From Polyangiaceae bacterium (GTDB lineage Bacteria; Myxococcota_A; Polyangia; Polyangiales; Polyangiaceae), in NCBI GenBank assembly GCA_965222375.1, contig CBDCTZ010000014.1:192001-256000 (forward strand): a DNA stretch of 64,000 bases, given 5' to 3'. Below are positions 36,289 to 45,429 of the stretch, piece by piece. The notes below the pieces were generated by a model. It did no database searches. It had not been told where the DNA came from and was given only the letters and a program-made list of their open reading frames with translations. Both the position numbers and the translations under genes were made by a program. Position 1 is the first letter of the stretch, and the number at the start of each line of letters is the position of its first letter.

Positions 36289-36890
36289 CAGGAGACCTCC
36301 TTGAATTCGGCGAGGGCGTCTTCCAGCTTCTTCCGGGCCCGAAACACCCGGGTCTTCGCCGTAGCGGCGGGAATGTCCAAGGCGTCGCCCACCTCCGGCA
36401 AGCTCAGGCCGTGCATTTCGAAGAGTACGAAGGCTGCGCGCTGGTCGACGGGCAAGTCCCCCAGGGCGGACTGGATCGCACGCCGCACTCGCGACAGCTC
36501 CGCCTGGCGCTCCGGGGTGTCCGAGTGCATCCCTTCTTCTTCTTCCAAGGACTTGGTGAAGACGCGCTCGGCAACGCGGCGCTTGCGCACGGCATCGATC
36601 GCAGTGCGGGTCGCGATCGTGAACAGCCAGGTCGACAGCTTGGCGGAGCCCTCCGGGTCGAAGCCGGGCAATGCACGGAATGCTTTCAAGAACGTCTCTT
36701 GGGCCAGGTCCTCCACGTGCGGACCTCGACCGAGCACCCGGGAAAGCAGCGCGAACACCGGCCGCTCGAAGCGGACCACGAACGCTCGGAAGGCAAGGGG
36801 GTCGCCCTCGCTGCAGCGCTGCAGCACGCCTGGCTCGAGTTCAGTCTCGGTCTTCCGCGGGTCCGGCGCGGCCATGGGAAACGCCATCAT
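36288..36890 (-). CDS. ECF RNA polymerase sigma factor (RpoE-like)
   Basis: VEDLAQETFLKAFRAL, LSTWLFTIA, LPVDQRAAFVL, TAKTRVFRARKKL. Confidence 0.92.
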   Translation of the reverse strand: MMAFPMAAPDPRKTETELEPGVLQRCSEGDPLAFRAFVVRFERPVFALLSRVLGRGPHVEDLAQETFLKAFRALPGFDPEGSAKLSTWLFTIATRTAIDAVRKRRVAERVFTKSLEEEEGMHSDTPERQAELSRVRRAIQSALGDLPVDQRAAFVLFEMHGLSLPEVGDALDIPAATAKTRVFRARKKLEDALAEFKEVS

Positions 36891-37059
36891 CGCCAACAAG
36901 TTCCACGTGTCGCGACGCAGGCGGTTCCGCCGAGAGCACGTTTTATTTCCAACTCCATAGATTCATTGGCGATTTTCGATCATGCCCATGCCTGGCAGCG
37001 CGCTCAATCGGCTGGGTGCTCGTCCTCCACAACGCGGGGCTCGACGCGCTAGAGTGGCG

Positions 37060-37257
37060 ATGATGTCAACGGGTGACGACGTTCAGGTCCAGAGGCTGCG
37101 CCGGATGACCTACACCGAGCGTTGGCGCGCTGCGCGAGCGCTGAATGCTTCGGCGCGCCGTCTCAAGGCCGCCTACCTTCGTCAGCTGCACCCCGACTGG
37201 ACGGACGAGAAAATCCAGCGCGAAGTCCGCCGGGCCTTCATGTATGTCCACGACTGA
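37060..37257 (+). CDS. Small helical protein, putative antitoxin
   Basis: 65 aa, QVQRLRRMTYTERW...LRQLHPDWTDEKIQREV; overlaps the next gene by 14 nt. Confidence 0.7.
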   Translation: MMSTGDDVQVQRLRRMTYTERWRAARALNASARRLKAAYLRQLHPDWTDEKIQREVRRAFMYVHD

Positions 37258-37822
37258 AGCGCCTCCCACCGATCTCTTCCTCCTCTACGCGAGGAGGTTC
37301 GACGCGCTCGGATTGCAGTACATGGTTACGGGCAGCGTCGCCGGAATGCTGTACGGCGAGCCACGCCTCACGCACGATGTCGACATCGTGGTCGCACTTG
37401 CGCCCAGCGGAGTACCGGCGCTAGCCGCCGCATTTCCCCTCGAGGAGTTCTACTGCCCGCCCGAAGAAGTCCTGCTCGAAGAGAGCCTGCGGCCGCAACG
37501 CGGTCATATCAACTTGATCCACCACGAGACTGGCTTCAAAGCGGATGTTTACATTGCCAACCGCGATCCGCTTCATCACTGGGCCTTGGCAGAACGCAGA
37601 CCCATTCAGATCGAAGAAGAGCGGACCTGGGTCGCGCCGCCGGAGTACGTCATCATCCGTAAGCTCGAGTACTTCCGCGAGGGCGATTCAGAGAAGCACC
37701 TTCGCGATATCGCCTCTATTCTTCGAGTATCCAGCGACTTGGTGCGTTTCGAGATCGTCGACGACTGGACGGAGCGCCTCGGTCTCGCGCAAGAGTGGAA
37801 GCGAGCACGGGCGCTCGTGTAG
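37244..37822 (+). CDS. Pol-beta superfamily nucleotidyltransferase (AbiEii/DUF6036-like), putative toxin
   Basis: YMVTGSVAGMLYGEPRLTHDVDIVV, KADVY, PEYVIIRKL, SEKHLRDI. Confidence 0.8.
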   Translation: MSTTEAPPTDLFLLYARRFDALGLQYMVTGSVAGMLYGEPRLTHDVDIVVALAPSGVPALAAAFPLEEFYCPPEEVLLEESLRPQRGHINLIHHETGFKADVYIANRDPLHHWALAERRPIQIEEERTWVAPPEYVIIRKLEYFREGDSEKHLRDIASILRVSSDLVRFEIVDDWTERLGLAQEWKRARALV

Positions 37823-37880
37823 CGCCGGCCCGAAACGTCCGCGCATGCGGCGCTCCGCCAACGGCCGGGCTCACGGTCGT

Positions 37881-38414
37881 TTAGGAGCCCTCTTTGGAGT
37901 TGAAGGACCCGCTGAAGGTGACGGGTTTCGCGGTGGCGTTGCCCTGGTCGCGAGCTGAGAACTCGAACCTCCCCAAGACCGAGCTGGTCGTGGAAGAATC
38001 GATCGTGAGCGTTCCAGTGACGGACGAATACGTGGTTCCCAACGTGGCTGGATCCATGATCGAAATTCCCACGAAGTCCCCGCTGGCTGGCTTGGCGTCC
38101 GTAGCGACGGCATCGACAATGTCATAGGTGCCGGCGCTGGGGGCGGCCGTCAGTGAGCTGCCAATCGAGAGGAAACTGATGTCGTGAGTCGATAGGAAAC
38201 TTAGTCCCCAGGAGCCGTCCAGGCCAGACTGGGCGACTCCGCAGAGTTCGGTCGTCGCGATGTCATCTCCGGAGATGGTGAGCGTGAACTCGCCAGGACC
38301 GCCCGAACAGACGCCGGCACCGCCGCCGCCTCCGCTGCCGCCCCCACCGCCCGAGCAAGCGGCGGCGGAGAGCGCTAGGGCGAGAGTCAATATGGAAACC
38401 TTGGGCTGTGACAT
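37881..38414 (-). CDS. Hypothetical lipoprotein
   Basis: Lipobox AAAC, Gly linker, beta-rich domain; GGAGG RBS. Confidence 0.75.
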   Translation of the reverse strand: MSQPKVSILTLALALSAAACSGGGGGSGGGGGAGVCSGGPGEFTLTISGDDIATTELCGVAQSGLDGSWGLSFLSTHDISFLSIGSSLTAAPSAGTYDIVDAVATDAKPASGDFVGISIMDPATLGTTYSSVTGTLTIDSSTTSSVLGRFEFSARDQGNATAKPVTFSGSFNSKEGS

Positions 38415-38721
38415 GGTGACCTCCGTTGGCTTGAAGCGATGAATTCCAGGATGCGTCGCCCCACGCCCCAGTCACGTGATCAGAACGCGAGCAGTCCATG
38501 AGCTCAGCGTCGAACTGGGTTTTCGTCAGGCGAAAAGCCTCGTTCACATCGCCAGAAGCAAGCTCTCCGCCAGCTCCGGCGCCGCGACGTCATCCTGCGC
38601 AACCTGCGCAGGTTTCAGCCTGCCTCGGTGGGCGTCGCCTCGGTTTTGCGCGGCTATTCCAGTGGCATGGGTGTTGCTCGGGAACCCGCAATTGTCCTTG
38701 CGTCAGCATCCGGAGGCTTGA

Positions 38722-40071
38722 ATGACCCACCGATTCTCTTGGGCGTACCTTTGCGCCGTAATCCTCGCCTGTTGGGGTTGCTCATCTTCCGGCGGTGGCG
38801 GCGCACCGGCGCAGGATGCCGGTGGCGACGTTCACCAAGATGCGGGCGTGTCCGCGGACGCCGCCAGCGACAGCGCGTCGAGGGACGGCTCCGATGGCGG
38901 CGTGCCTGCGGAGTCGTGCAAGATCGACACGAGCACCGACTCGGGTCAGTGGGATCCCACGTTTTACGCCGGCTGGCACAACCTGGGTGCGATGCTGTCC
39001 GACGCGGCGCGCTACTTCACGCCCGACGGCGGTGTTCTATTCGCTGGGCAAGAACGCAACAGCGTGAGCACAGGGGTCAAGAGCGGTCTCGTTCTCGTCA
39101 GCCTGGACGCTGCCGGCAAGCTCCGCGGTTCCTTTGGCAACGCCGGGATCGCACGATACGAAGATGGACACTGGCACGGCAGGGTCACCGTCTGGACGGA
39201 CCCACTGCTCCGGCCAACCCTCGTGACCAGCCGATGCAATCACCCGAGCGTCTGTGTGGAGTCATCGCTGGTCGCCTTTCGCCTGGTCCCCGGCGCGACC
39301 GCGCTGGAATCATCTTTCGGCTCAGGGGGTCAGGCTTCGCTTGCGCCAGCTGAAGGCTCTTGTGCGCTGCGAGGCAGCTCCCCAGATGGTGCGGCAGTCC
39401 TACTGTGCACAGTCGTGGGGTCGCCGAGCAAGACCCGCGGCGTCGTCATGGACGCGATGGGCAACGCCCGGGTGATGGACACGGGAACGTTTCCCCACGC
39501 TGCGGCCCCTCAAAGCGACGGAACCTGGCTGGTGCTCACCCAAGGCATCGGGGATAGTTCGGGGTTCGTCGAGCGATGGTCATCGCCGCAAGGAGCGCTG
39601 CCCGTGGTCGGCAATCATCTGAGCATTTCCGTGCCGGACGCCGGTTTCGCCAAGTTGCGAGCCATCTTCGCGGATGCAAGTGGCGCCATTCACACCATCT
39701 TGGGTACGGCTGCGGGCAACATGCGGGAGTATGTGATCGACTCGAGCGGCTCGGTGAGCTTGCTGCGACAGTTCGATCTCCCGATCTCGGAAGCCGGCGG
39801 CGCAACTCGGCTGTGCGACGGGAGGTTCGTGTTGGTCAAAGACGTCGCGTCGGGCAAGCTCGGCGTTCCGCACCTACTACGGGTGTCTCACTACGATGAT
39901 GGCGGCGCGCTCATCACGACGCGAGGAGTCAACGGCGTGACCGAGGTTCAGATCGAACAGGACATCGCCCAGGCCGGACGAATCGAGGTCGATCCCATGA
40001 CCGGACGCGTCATGGTGTTCGCCATGAGCTCCCTTGAACCCAAGCTCTGGGTTGGGCGCCTTCTGCCCTAG
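38722..40071 (+). CDS. Hypothetical lipoprotein with beta-propeller-like (delta-60-like) repeats
   Basis: Lipobox CWGC; LDAAGKLRGSFGNAG and LESSFGSGG; GGAGG RBS. Confidence 0.7.
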   Translation: MTHRFSWAYLCAVILACWGCSSSGGGGAPAQDAGGDVHQDAGVSADAASDSASRDGSDGGVPAESCKIDTSTDSGQWDPTFYAGWHNLGAMLSDAARYFTPDGGVLFAGQERNSVSTGVKSGLVLVSLDAAGKLRGSFGNAGIARYEDGHWHGRVTVWTDPLLRPTLVTSRCNHPSVCVESSLVAFRLVPGATALESSFGSGGQASLAPAEGSCALRGSSPDGAAVLLCTVVGSPSKTRGVVMDAMGNARVMDTGTFPHAAAPQSDGTWLVLTQGIGDSSGFVERWSSPQGALPVVGNHLSISVPDAGFAKLRAIFADASGAIHTILGTAAGNMREYVIDSSGSVSLLRQFDLPISEAGGATRLCDGRFVLVKDVASGKLGVPHLLRVSHYDDGGALITTRGVNGVTEVQIEQDIAQAGRIEVDPMTGRVMVFAMSSLEPKLWVGRLLP

Positions 40072-40218
40072 GGGCGTGGGTTGCAATTCCAAAGAGGGTG
40101 CCAGAAGCGCCCCGTCGCCCCAGGGCCAAATCGCGCGCGGCGATGGCCCGCTCGTGCCTTGTCCCAGCGCGAGAGCGTTGCACGACAGATCCCGGGGTGT
40201 GTTTCGGGCCCGCGGAGT

Positions 40219-40333
40219 CGGATCTTGGCGCCGAGTTCCGGTTTGATTTTGGGGGTTGGGTCGGATTTTTCGCTCATCGATCGCCGCGCGCCAGCCGATG
40301 AGCGCCGGATCCGACCCAAACCAAAATAATCAA
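40219..40333. repeat. Long imperfect hairpin sharing end motifs with the 9211-9371 element
   Basis: TTGGGTCGGAT/ATCCGACCCAA and CGCTCATCG/CGATGAGCG stems; CGGATCTTGGCG and CGACCCAAACCAAA are identical to 9211-9222 and 9356-9369. Confidence 0.7.
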
Positions 40334-40349
40334 CGATGAAAGCAGGGAG

Positions 40350-40575
40350 GGGCTCCGCCCGCGGGGTGAACTGCGGCTGGTGATTTCACCGCGAAGGGCT
40401 CCGCCCGCGGGGTGAACTGCGGCTGGTGATTTCACCGCGAAGGGCTCCGCCCGCGGGGTGAACTGCGGCTGGTGATTTCACCGCGAAGGGCTCCGCCCGC
40501 GGGGTGAACTGCGGCCGGCCATTTCACCGCAAAGGGGCTGGGCCCGTGGGTGAACTGCGGCTTGTCATTTCACCC
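40350..40575. repeat. 46-bp tandem repeat, about 5 copies, each with an internal GGTGAA/TTCACC inverted repeat
   Basis: Unit GGGCTCCGCCCGCGGGGTGAACTGCGGCTGGTGATTTCACCGCGAA at 40350, 40396 and 40442; diverging copies at 40488 and ~40535. Confidence 0.92.
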
Positions 40576-40615
40576 CAAACCCAAGGTTGAGCTGGGTCCC
40601 GGTTCAGTTTATGAC

Positions 40616-41188
40616 ATGCGCATGCTCAAGCGAGGCGGGGTCGTTGTTGGAGTGTTGATGCTGGCTGTGGGTTGTGGTGGTGCGCCACCGCCGAAACCAG
40701 AGCCCCCACCGCCGGCGCCGGAGCCCGCGCCGCCGCCTCCGCCGCCGGAGCCCGAAGAGCCACCGCCGGAAGAAGAGCCGGAAACACCTCCCGAGCCCGA
40801 GACCCCTCCGCCGGAGATGCCCAAGTCTTCGGCAACCATCGGTGGGGTCAGTGTCAGCGAGATCGACGCCAAGGCCATCGTCGCCGAAGTGCAGAAGCTG
40901 AAGTGGGCCCCGCAGAAGGTCGACATCAGCGGTGGCGTGGTCGGCAAGTACGAGACCATTCGCTTCGGCATCAGCAACGGCAAGATCGGCGGCAAGATCG
41001 AAATCATCCGCCGCGCTGCCATGCCCAGCGGGGGCGCCAGCATGATGTCCCCCAAGGATCAAAAGGCCATGCACGAGAAACGCGGCGCGGTCTTCCTGGA
41101 CGAAGAAGCCGACGTCCTGATCGCCATCGTCGTCGACGGCCGACCCGCCGAGGCGAAGAAGCTGCTGGCGAAGTTGGTCAAGCAGTAG
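40616..41188 (+). CDS. Pro/Glu-rich lipoprotein
   Basis: Lipobox AVGC followed by a PEP-rich linker. Confidence 0.8.
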   Translation: MRMLKRGGVVVGVLMLAVGCGGAPPPKPEPPPPAPEPAPPPPPPEPEEPPPEEEPETPPEPETPPPEMPKSSATIGGVSVSEIDAKAIVAEVQKLKWAPQKVDISGGVVGKYETIRFGISNGKIGGKIEIIRRAAMPSGGASMMSPKDQKAMHEKRGAVFLDEEADVLIAIVVDGRPAEAKKLLAKLVKQ

Positions 41189-41344
41189 CGCGTCGAATGC
41201 TCGCCCGGTAGGCGGCGAAGCGCTTGCAAGTGCTCCTAAAAGCAGCGGCTCAGGCGCGAGGAGCGTTTCCATTTCGGCGGCGATTGCGCCAACTCGCGAG
41301 CGAAACCGCGCCGGGTCCGTCGAGGAAAGCAGTGCGAGAGCATT

Positions 41345-41730
41345 TCAGCCGGCGCCGGCGTTGCGGCGTGTCACGAGTTCCTCGACGAGCTTGACGAGCA
41401 CGACCGGGTCGACGGGTTTCCTGAGCAGGCGACAGATCGGCGAAATGTCCGCGTCGCTGGTGTCGACGCCCGTTATCAGCACGATCGGAGGAGCCTCGTT
41501 GCCGAGCGCCAGCTGGACCACATTCGACATTTGCAGGCCACTCATCTCCGGCATTTGCTGGTCTGTGATGATCAGCGCTGGGCGATGTTCACTGCAGTGG
41601 CTGAGCGCTGCGGACCCGCTCGTCACCGACGTGACCTCGTAGCGCATCCTTCGCAGCACTCGCGTTACCGTTCGACATCGCCGCGACAAGTCGTTCCAGA
41701 CCAGGCCGACAGTCTCGGATTGCTCCCATC
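41345..41730 (-). CDS. Single-domain response regulator receiver (CheY-like); apparent +1 frameshift just after the start
   Basis: IITDQQMPEMSG, IVLITG, LRKPV; frame blocked by an upstream TGA unless ATGGGAG near 41728 is read as ATG GAG; acidic pocket reads VWND. Confidence 0.65.
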
Positions 41731-42100
41731 ACACGTCCTTTCGAGTCTTTTCGCTTCCTGTTCCTGGATCGGCATTCGTAACGATTCCTTGAGCTCCGAC
41801 GCGCCGGGCCCCGGCTCGACTTCGTAGCGCGTGGCCTTGTCCGGGAGTAGTTGCCCAGCGCCGTGCTGTGATGTGACCCCAAACCCAACAGCTAGTCACA
41901 CGACCCAGCTGCCGCGCGCGTGATGCGGGTTAGTCCGGCTGTTGCCACGGTTGGAGGTGGCTGGCTGCTGGCACAGCCTGCGCCAGTGGCGGGGTGGCTG
42001 CGATCATACTTGGGCCTGAACGCTGGCACCAACGACACACTATTGCGGCGTTGGACAGCGAATGCGGAGTTGGCACGAGGAGTGCTTGTGGGGCCCGCTC

Positions 42101-43342
42101 ATGCTTTCCAAAATACTCTTGGTGGGAACTGTCTGCGCGCTTGCGGCGTGCGGTGTGACAACGGACGATCCAACGGGCTCTGAGCCCGGACAGAAGGCCG
42201 CAACCTGGCGCGTCGCCGTGGACGAGACTGTGCCCATCGGCTTGCGAGGGTTCTCTCATAAGGCTCGCCCCAGCTTGGCGCTCGATAGCGGTGGCGCTGT
42301 CCATGCAGTTGTAAACGCGCGCGGGGAGAGCGGCTCCAGTCGATCTTTTTACGCCGTCCGCGGCCCGTCCGGTTGGACCAAGCTGGAGGAGGTTGGAACC
42401 GTGATGGTTGGCGTGATCGGAATCGATGCTGACGAGCGACCCATCGTTGCGAACCCCGGGTTTGGCTTTTCGGGTTTGAAACGGCGTGTCGGCGGCGAAT
42501 GGACGTCTGAGGACGTCGACATCGTGGTGCGGCAGATTCTGACTGACCCGACGGGAAGACTGCATCTCGTTGGTTATCGGGACACGGATGTCGTCATGTT
42601 GGCTGAAGGAGCCGGCGGCGAATGGGTTTCGCAGACTCTGGGCGCGGTTTCGGGGTGGCACGGGTCACCCGGGTTGCAGGCCCTGTTCCGGGATGACGGA
42701 TCCGTGGTCGCGCTCTATCCGGAACCGAGTGGATTGCGCCTCGCGGACAGCGCCACGACGACGCCCTTGGAGTTGACGTCCGGCAGTTTCGGCTCATCGA
42801 GCTTGGCCCTTGGGCCCGATGGCAGCGCGCAGGTGTTGCTCAACACCGGCAACGAAGTTGCGCTGTTCGAACAGACGAGCGAATCCGTGGTTCGCCGCAC
42901 CGTAGCTGCGGACGCAATCCCCAGTGCGGAGGCGTGCGAAGGGCAGACTTCGCCATGCAAGGTGCCAGTGACCGTAACCTGGGCACTCGGGCTGGCCGGA
43001 TTCGGCCACGAAACCTCGGCCGTCTTTGTCACCGAAGACCGTACTGGGCTCCGACTCCGCGAGTGCGACATCCAGGGAAGCACGCATAACCCGAAGTGTG
43101 ACGGTGGCGCCGACGGCGATTGGGAGACCTCACTCAGCGGTGGCACGGAGGATCCCGAGAATCAACGGGTCCACATTGGAGGAGCCTCGCTCGCGATGAA
43201 GAACCCACTTCCTGAACAGAATGCCTCCGTGGTCGTGGACAAACTCGGGCGCATCCACGTTGCGGTTTACCAAGACGCGACCGACGACTGGGAAGACGGC
43301 ATGCTCCTTCGCTACGTTCGCTTCGATCTGTCGCCCAACTGA
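42101..43342 (+). CDS. Hypothetical lipoprotein, beta-propeller-like
   Basis: Lipobox LAAC; repeated SLALD.GG.VH / DKLGRIHVAVY blades. Confidence 0.72.
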   Translation: MLSKILLVGTVCALAACGVTTDDPTGSEPGQKAATWRVAVDETVPIGLRGFSHKARPSLALDSGGAVHAVVNARGESGSSRSFYAVRGPSGWTKLEEVGTVMVGVIGIDADERPIVANPGFGFSGLKRRVGGEWTSEDVDIVVRQILTDPTGRLHLVGYRDTDVVMLAEGAGGEWVSQTLGAVSGWHGSPGLQALFRDDGSVVALYPEPSGLRLADSATTTPLELTSGSFGSSSLALGPDGSAQVLLNTGNEVALFEQTSESVVRRTVAADAIPSAEACEGQTSPCKVPVTVTWALGLAGFGHETSAVFVTEDRTGLRLRECDIQGSTHNPKCDGGADGDWETSLSGGTEDPENQRVHIGGASLAMKNPLPEQNASVVVDKLGRIHVAVYQDATDDWEDGMLLRYVRFDLSPN

Positions 43343-43433
43343 CCGGCTGCGTGGACTTTGATCGGTCTAGCAGCTCGGGGTCTATCGCCGTTTGGTGCGC
43401 AATGGCGAGGACGGTTCTAGGCCGAGAAGTCGC

Positions 43434-44420
43434 CTAGTCGCTCAGATCGATCTCTTGGCGGCGGCCCTGGGTGAGCCAGATAACGCGGTCTTGGATCTCT
43501 TGATCGGCCAAGTTTTGGCGCAGGGTCGAGGTGGGTTCATCGAAGTGGCTCCAGCCGTCGTAGTGGATCGGTACGATTCGACGCGGCCGTAGGCTTTTCG
43601 CCAGCTGGACGGCGTCGGAGCCTCGCAGGGTGTAGCGAATCGAGTCGAGGGGCCAGATCATGTTGGGGAATCGCACGCCACCGGCGTGGATGAAGGCCAC
43701 GTCGATTGGTCCCACGCCCCGCTCGTTCAAGGTGTCACGCAGCCGCTCGAGCTGTGGGAAGAGGACCGTGTCGCCGGAGATGTACGCCACATAGGGACGG
43801 TCACCGGTCCATTCCAGCAAGAAACCCGTGACCTTGCCTACGCCGGGAAACCACTCGGCGGGGCCGTGGAGAGCGGGCATGGCGGTGATGGTCAGATGGC
43901 GCCCTCCCGAGCCGACGACACAGTGTTGCCACGTGTCGAGACCGTTGACCTTGTCTCCTATCCCGTGGCGCGCGTGGAGTCGCCTCGCGCCAGGCCGCGT
44001 GGTGATGACGCGTTGGATGTTGGGTTCGCTGAGCAGGGCGCGGCCGCGATGGTCCAGGTTGTCCGCGTGCTGATCGTGGCTCAGCAGCACGGCATCGATG
44101 CGACCGACTGCTTCGGCCGCGATGGTGGGATCGGCTTGCTTGGTGGAGCGGGCGCCGTAGCCGAAGGAGTACTTGCCGGGGCCGTCGAAAGCAGGATCCG
44201 TGAGAAAGCGGAACGGACCGATTTCGAGCAGAACGCTGGCCGTTCCAATGTGCGTGGTTTTGATCACATGCATCGGGGAGTCCTCTTGCTTTGGGGCTCG
44301 GGATTCGAAGGAGCAGACCGGGGCAACCGCCTGCCAGTCGGCGCTGGAGGCGCAGGCGCTGCAGGCGAGCAGGCACAGCCCAAGACCGCAGAAAGACGGA
44401 AACTCCGGGCGAGAAGCCAT
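43434..44420 (-). CDS. Metallo-beta-lactamase fold hydrolase (UlaG/UPF0173-like)
   Basis: LTDP, LLSHDQHADNLD, PALHG, YISGDT, VPIHYDGWSHF. Confidence 0.88.
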   Translation of the reverse strand: MASRPEFPSFCGLGLCLLACSACASSADWQAVAPVCSFESRAPKQEDSPMHVIKTTHIGTASVLLEIGPFRFLTDPAFDGPGKYSFGYGARSTKQADPTIAAEAVGRIDAVLLSHDQHADNLDHRGRALLSEPNIQRVITTRPGARRLHARHGIGDKVNGLDTWQHCVVGSGGRHLTITAMPALHGPAEWFPGVGKVTGFLLEWTGDRPYVAYISGDTVLFPQLERLRDTLNERGVGPIDVAFIHAGGVRFPNMIWPLDSIRYTLRGSDAVQLAKSLRPRRIVPIHYDGWSHFDEPTSTLRQNLADQEIQDRVIWLTQGRRQEIDLSD

Positions 44421-44490
44421 GCTTCCGAGTGTGGGTTTTCGCGCCTGGCTGCGCTATGCAAGAATACGAATATATACTATGCGTTTTTGC

Positions 44491-45363
44491 ATGATAGATT
44501 GGAGTGACGTGCAGGTCTTCCTCGAAGTCTCTCGGGCCGGGTCCTTCAGCGACGCGGCGCTCGCCCTGGGGGTGAATCAGTCGACGGTGAGTCGCCGGGT
44601 GGCCCAGTTGGAAGAGCAGCTCGGCTTTCCGCTCTACTTCCGAGGGCCACGGGGCCTCACGCCTACCCAGAACGCGGCGCGCATGTTGCCCCACGCCGAA
44701 AAAGCCGAGGCAGCGCTGTTGGCCTTCGCCCGGGCTTCGTCGGACGCGGGGCCCGACGCCAAGGGCTGCGTGCGGCTGGCCACGGTGGAAGAGATCGCAA
44801 CCCACCTGATCGCGCCGGCCATGAACGACCTGGCTCGCCGCTGGCCCAACATCTCGCTCCAGGTGTTGGGCGCGACCGCGTCGGTGGATCTCGAGCGTGG
44901 GCAAGCCGACTTGGCGCTCCGGCCGTCCCGGCCGAAAACCGGGAACCTATCGGCGCGGCGCGTGGCCACCATCGCCTACGCGGCCTATGCCGCTGAGAGC
45001 TATGTGGATCGCCACCGGCAAGTGGTCGAGTCTGGATGCTGGGGCTCCCTCGACTGGCTGACTCTCGCTGATTCGATGGCCCAACTACCCGAAGTGCGGT
45101 GGGTGATGAATTGCGCCGAGCGCCCGCCCATCATGCGATTGGGCAGCACTACCGCGCTGGTGGAGGCCACCGCCAGTGGCATCGGCGTGGCGATTCTCCC
45201 CATGGCGCTGGCCAGCCGTCAGCGCCAACTGCGTCGCCTCGATCCGGCGGCTTCAGCGATACTGACGCGGCGTCTGTGGCTCGTCGTGCATCGCGACATG
45301 CGCGATCTCCCCCGGATCCGCGCGGTCAGCGACTGGCTCGTCGAGCTGCTCTCGGCCGCCTGA
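44491..45363 (+). CDS. LysR family transcriptional regulator, divergent from the MBL gene
   Basis: DWSDVQVFLEVSRAGSFSDAALALGVNQSTVSRRVAQLEEQLG; AT-rich intergenic region 44421-44490. Confidence 0.93.
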   Translation: MIDWSDVQVFLEVSRAGSFSDAALALGVNQSTVSRRVAQLEEQLGFPLYFRGPRGLTPTQNAARMLPHAEKAEAALLAFARASSDAGPDAKGCVRLATVEEIATHLIAPAMNDLARRWPNISLQVLGATASVDLERGQADLALRPSRPKTGNLSARRVATIAYAAYAAESYVDRHRQVVESGCWGSLDWLTLADSMAQLPEVRWVMNCAERPPIMRLGSTTALVEATASGIGVAILPMALASRQRQLRRLDPAASAILTRRLWLVVHRDMRDLPRIRAVSDWLVELLSAA

Positions 45364-45429
45364 GGACCGAGATTGTGTGCAGCGACTTCGGGCCGGTGCA
45401 GGGCTGCTTGCGGCGCTGGCGGGGCCGTC

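Noticed and set aside
40350..40575. Possible CRISPR array
   Set aside because: Units are contiguous with no unique spacers, and there are no cas genes in the window
41883..41935. ACCCAAC...GTTAGTC with an internal TCAC/GTGA pair resembling an integron attC
   Set aside because: Single imperfect site, R boxes only partly complementary, no array and no integrase
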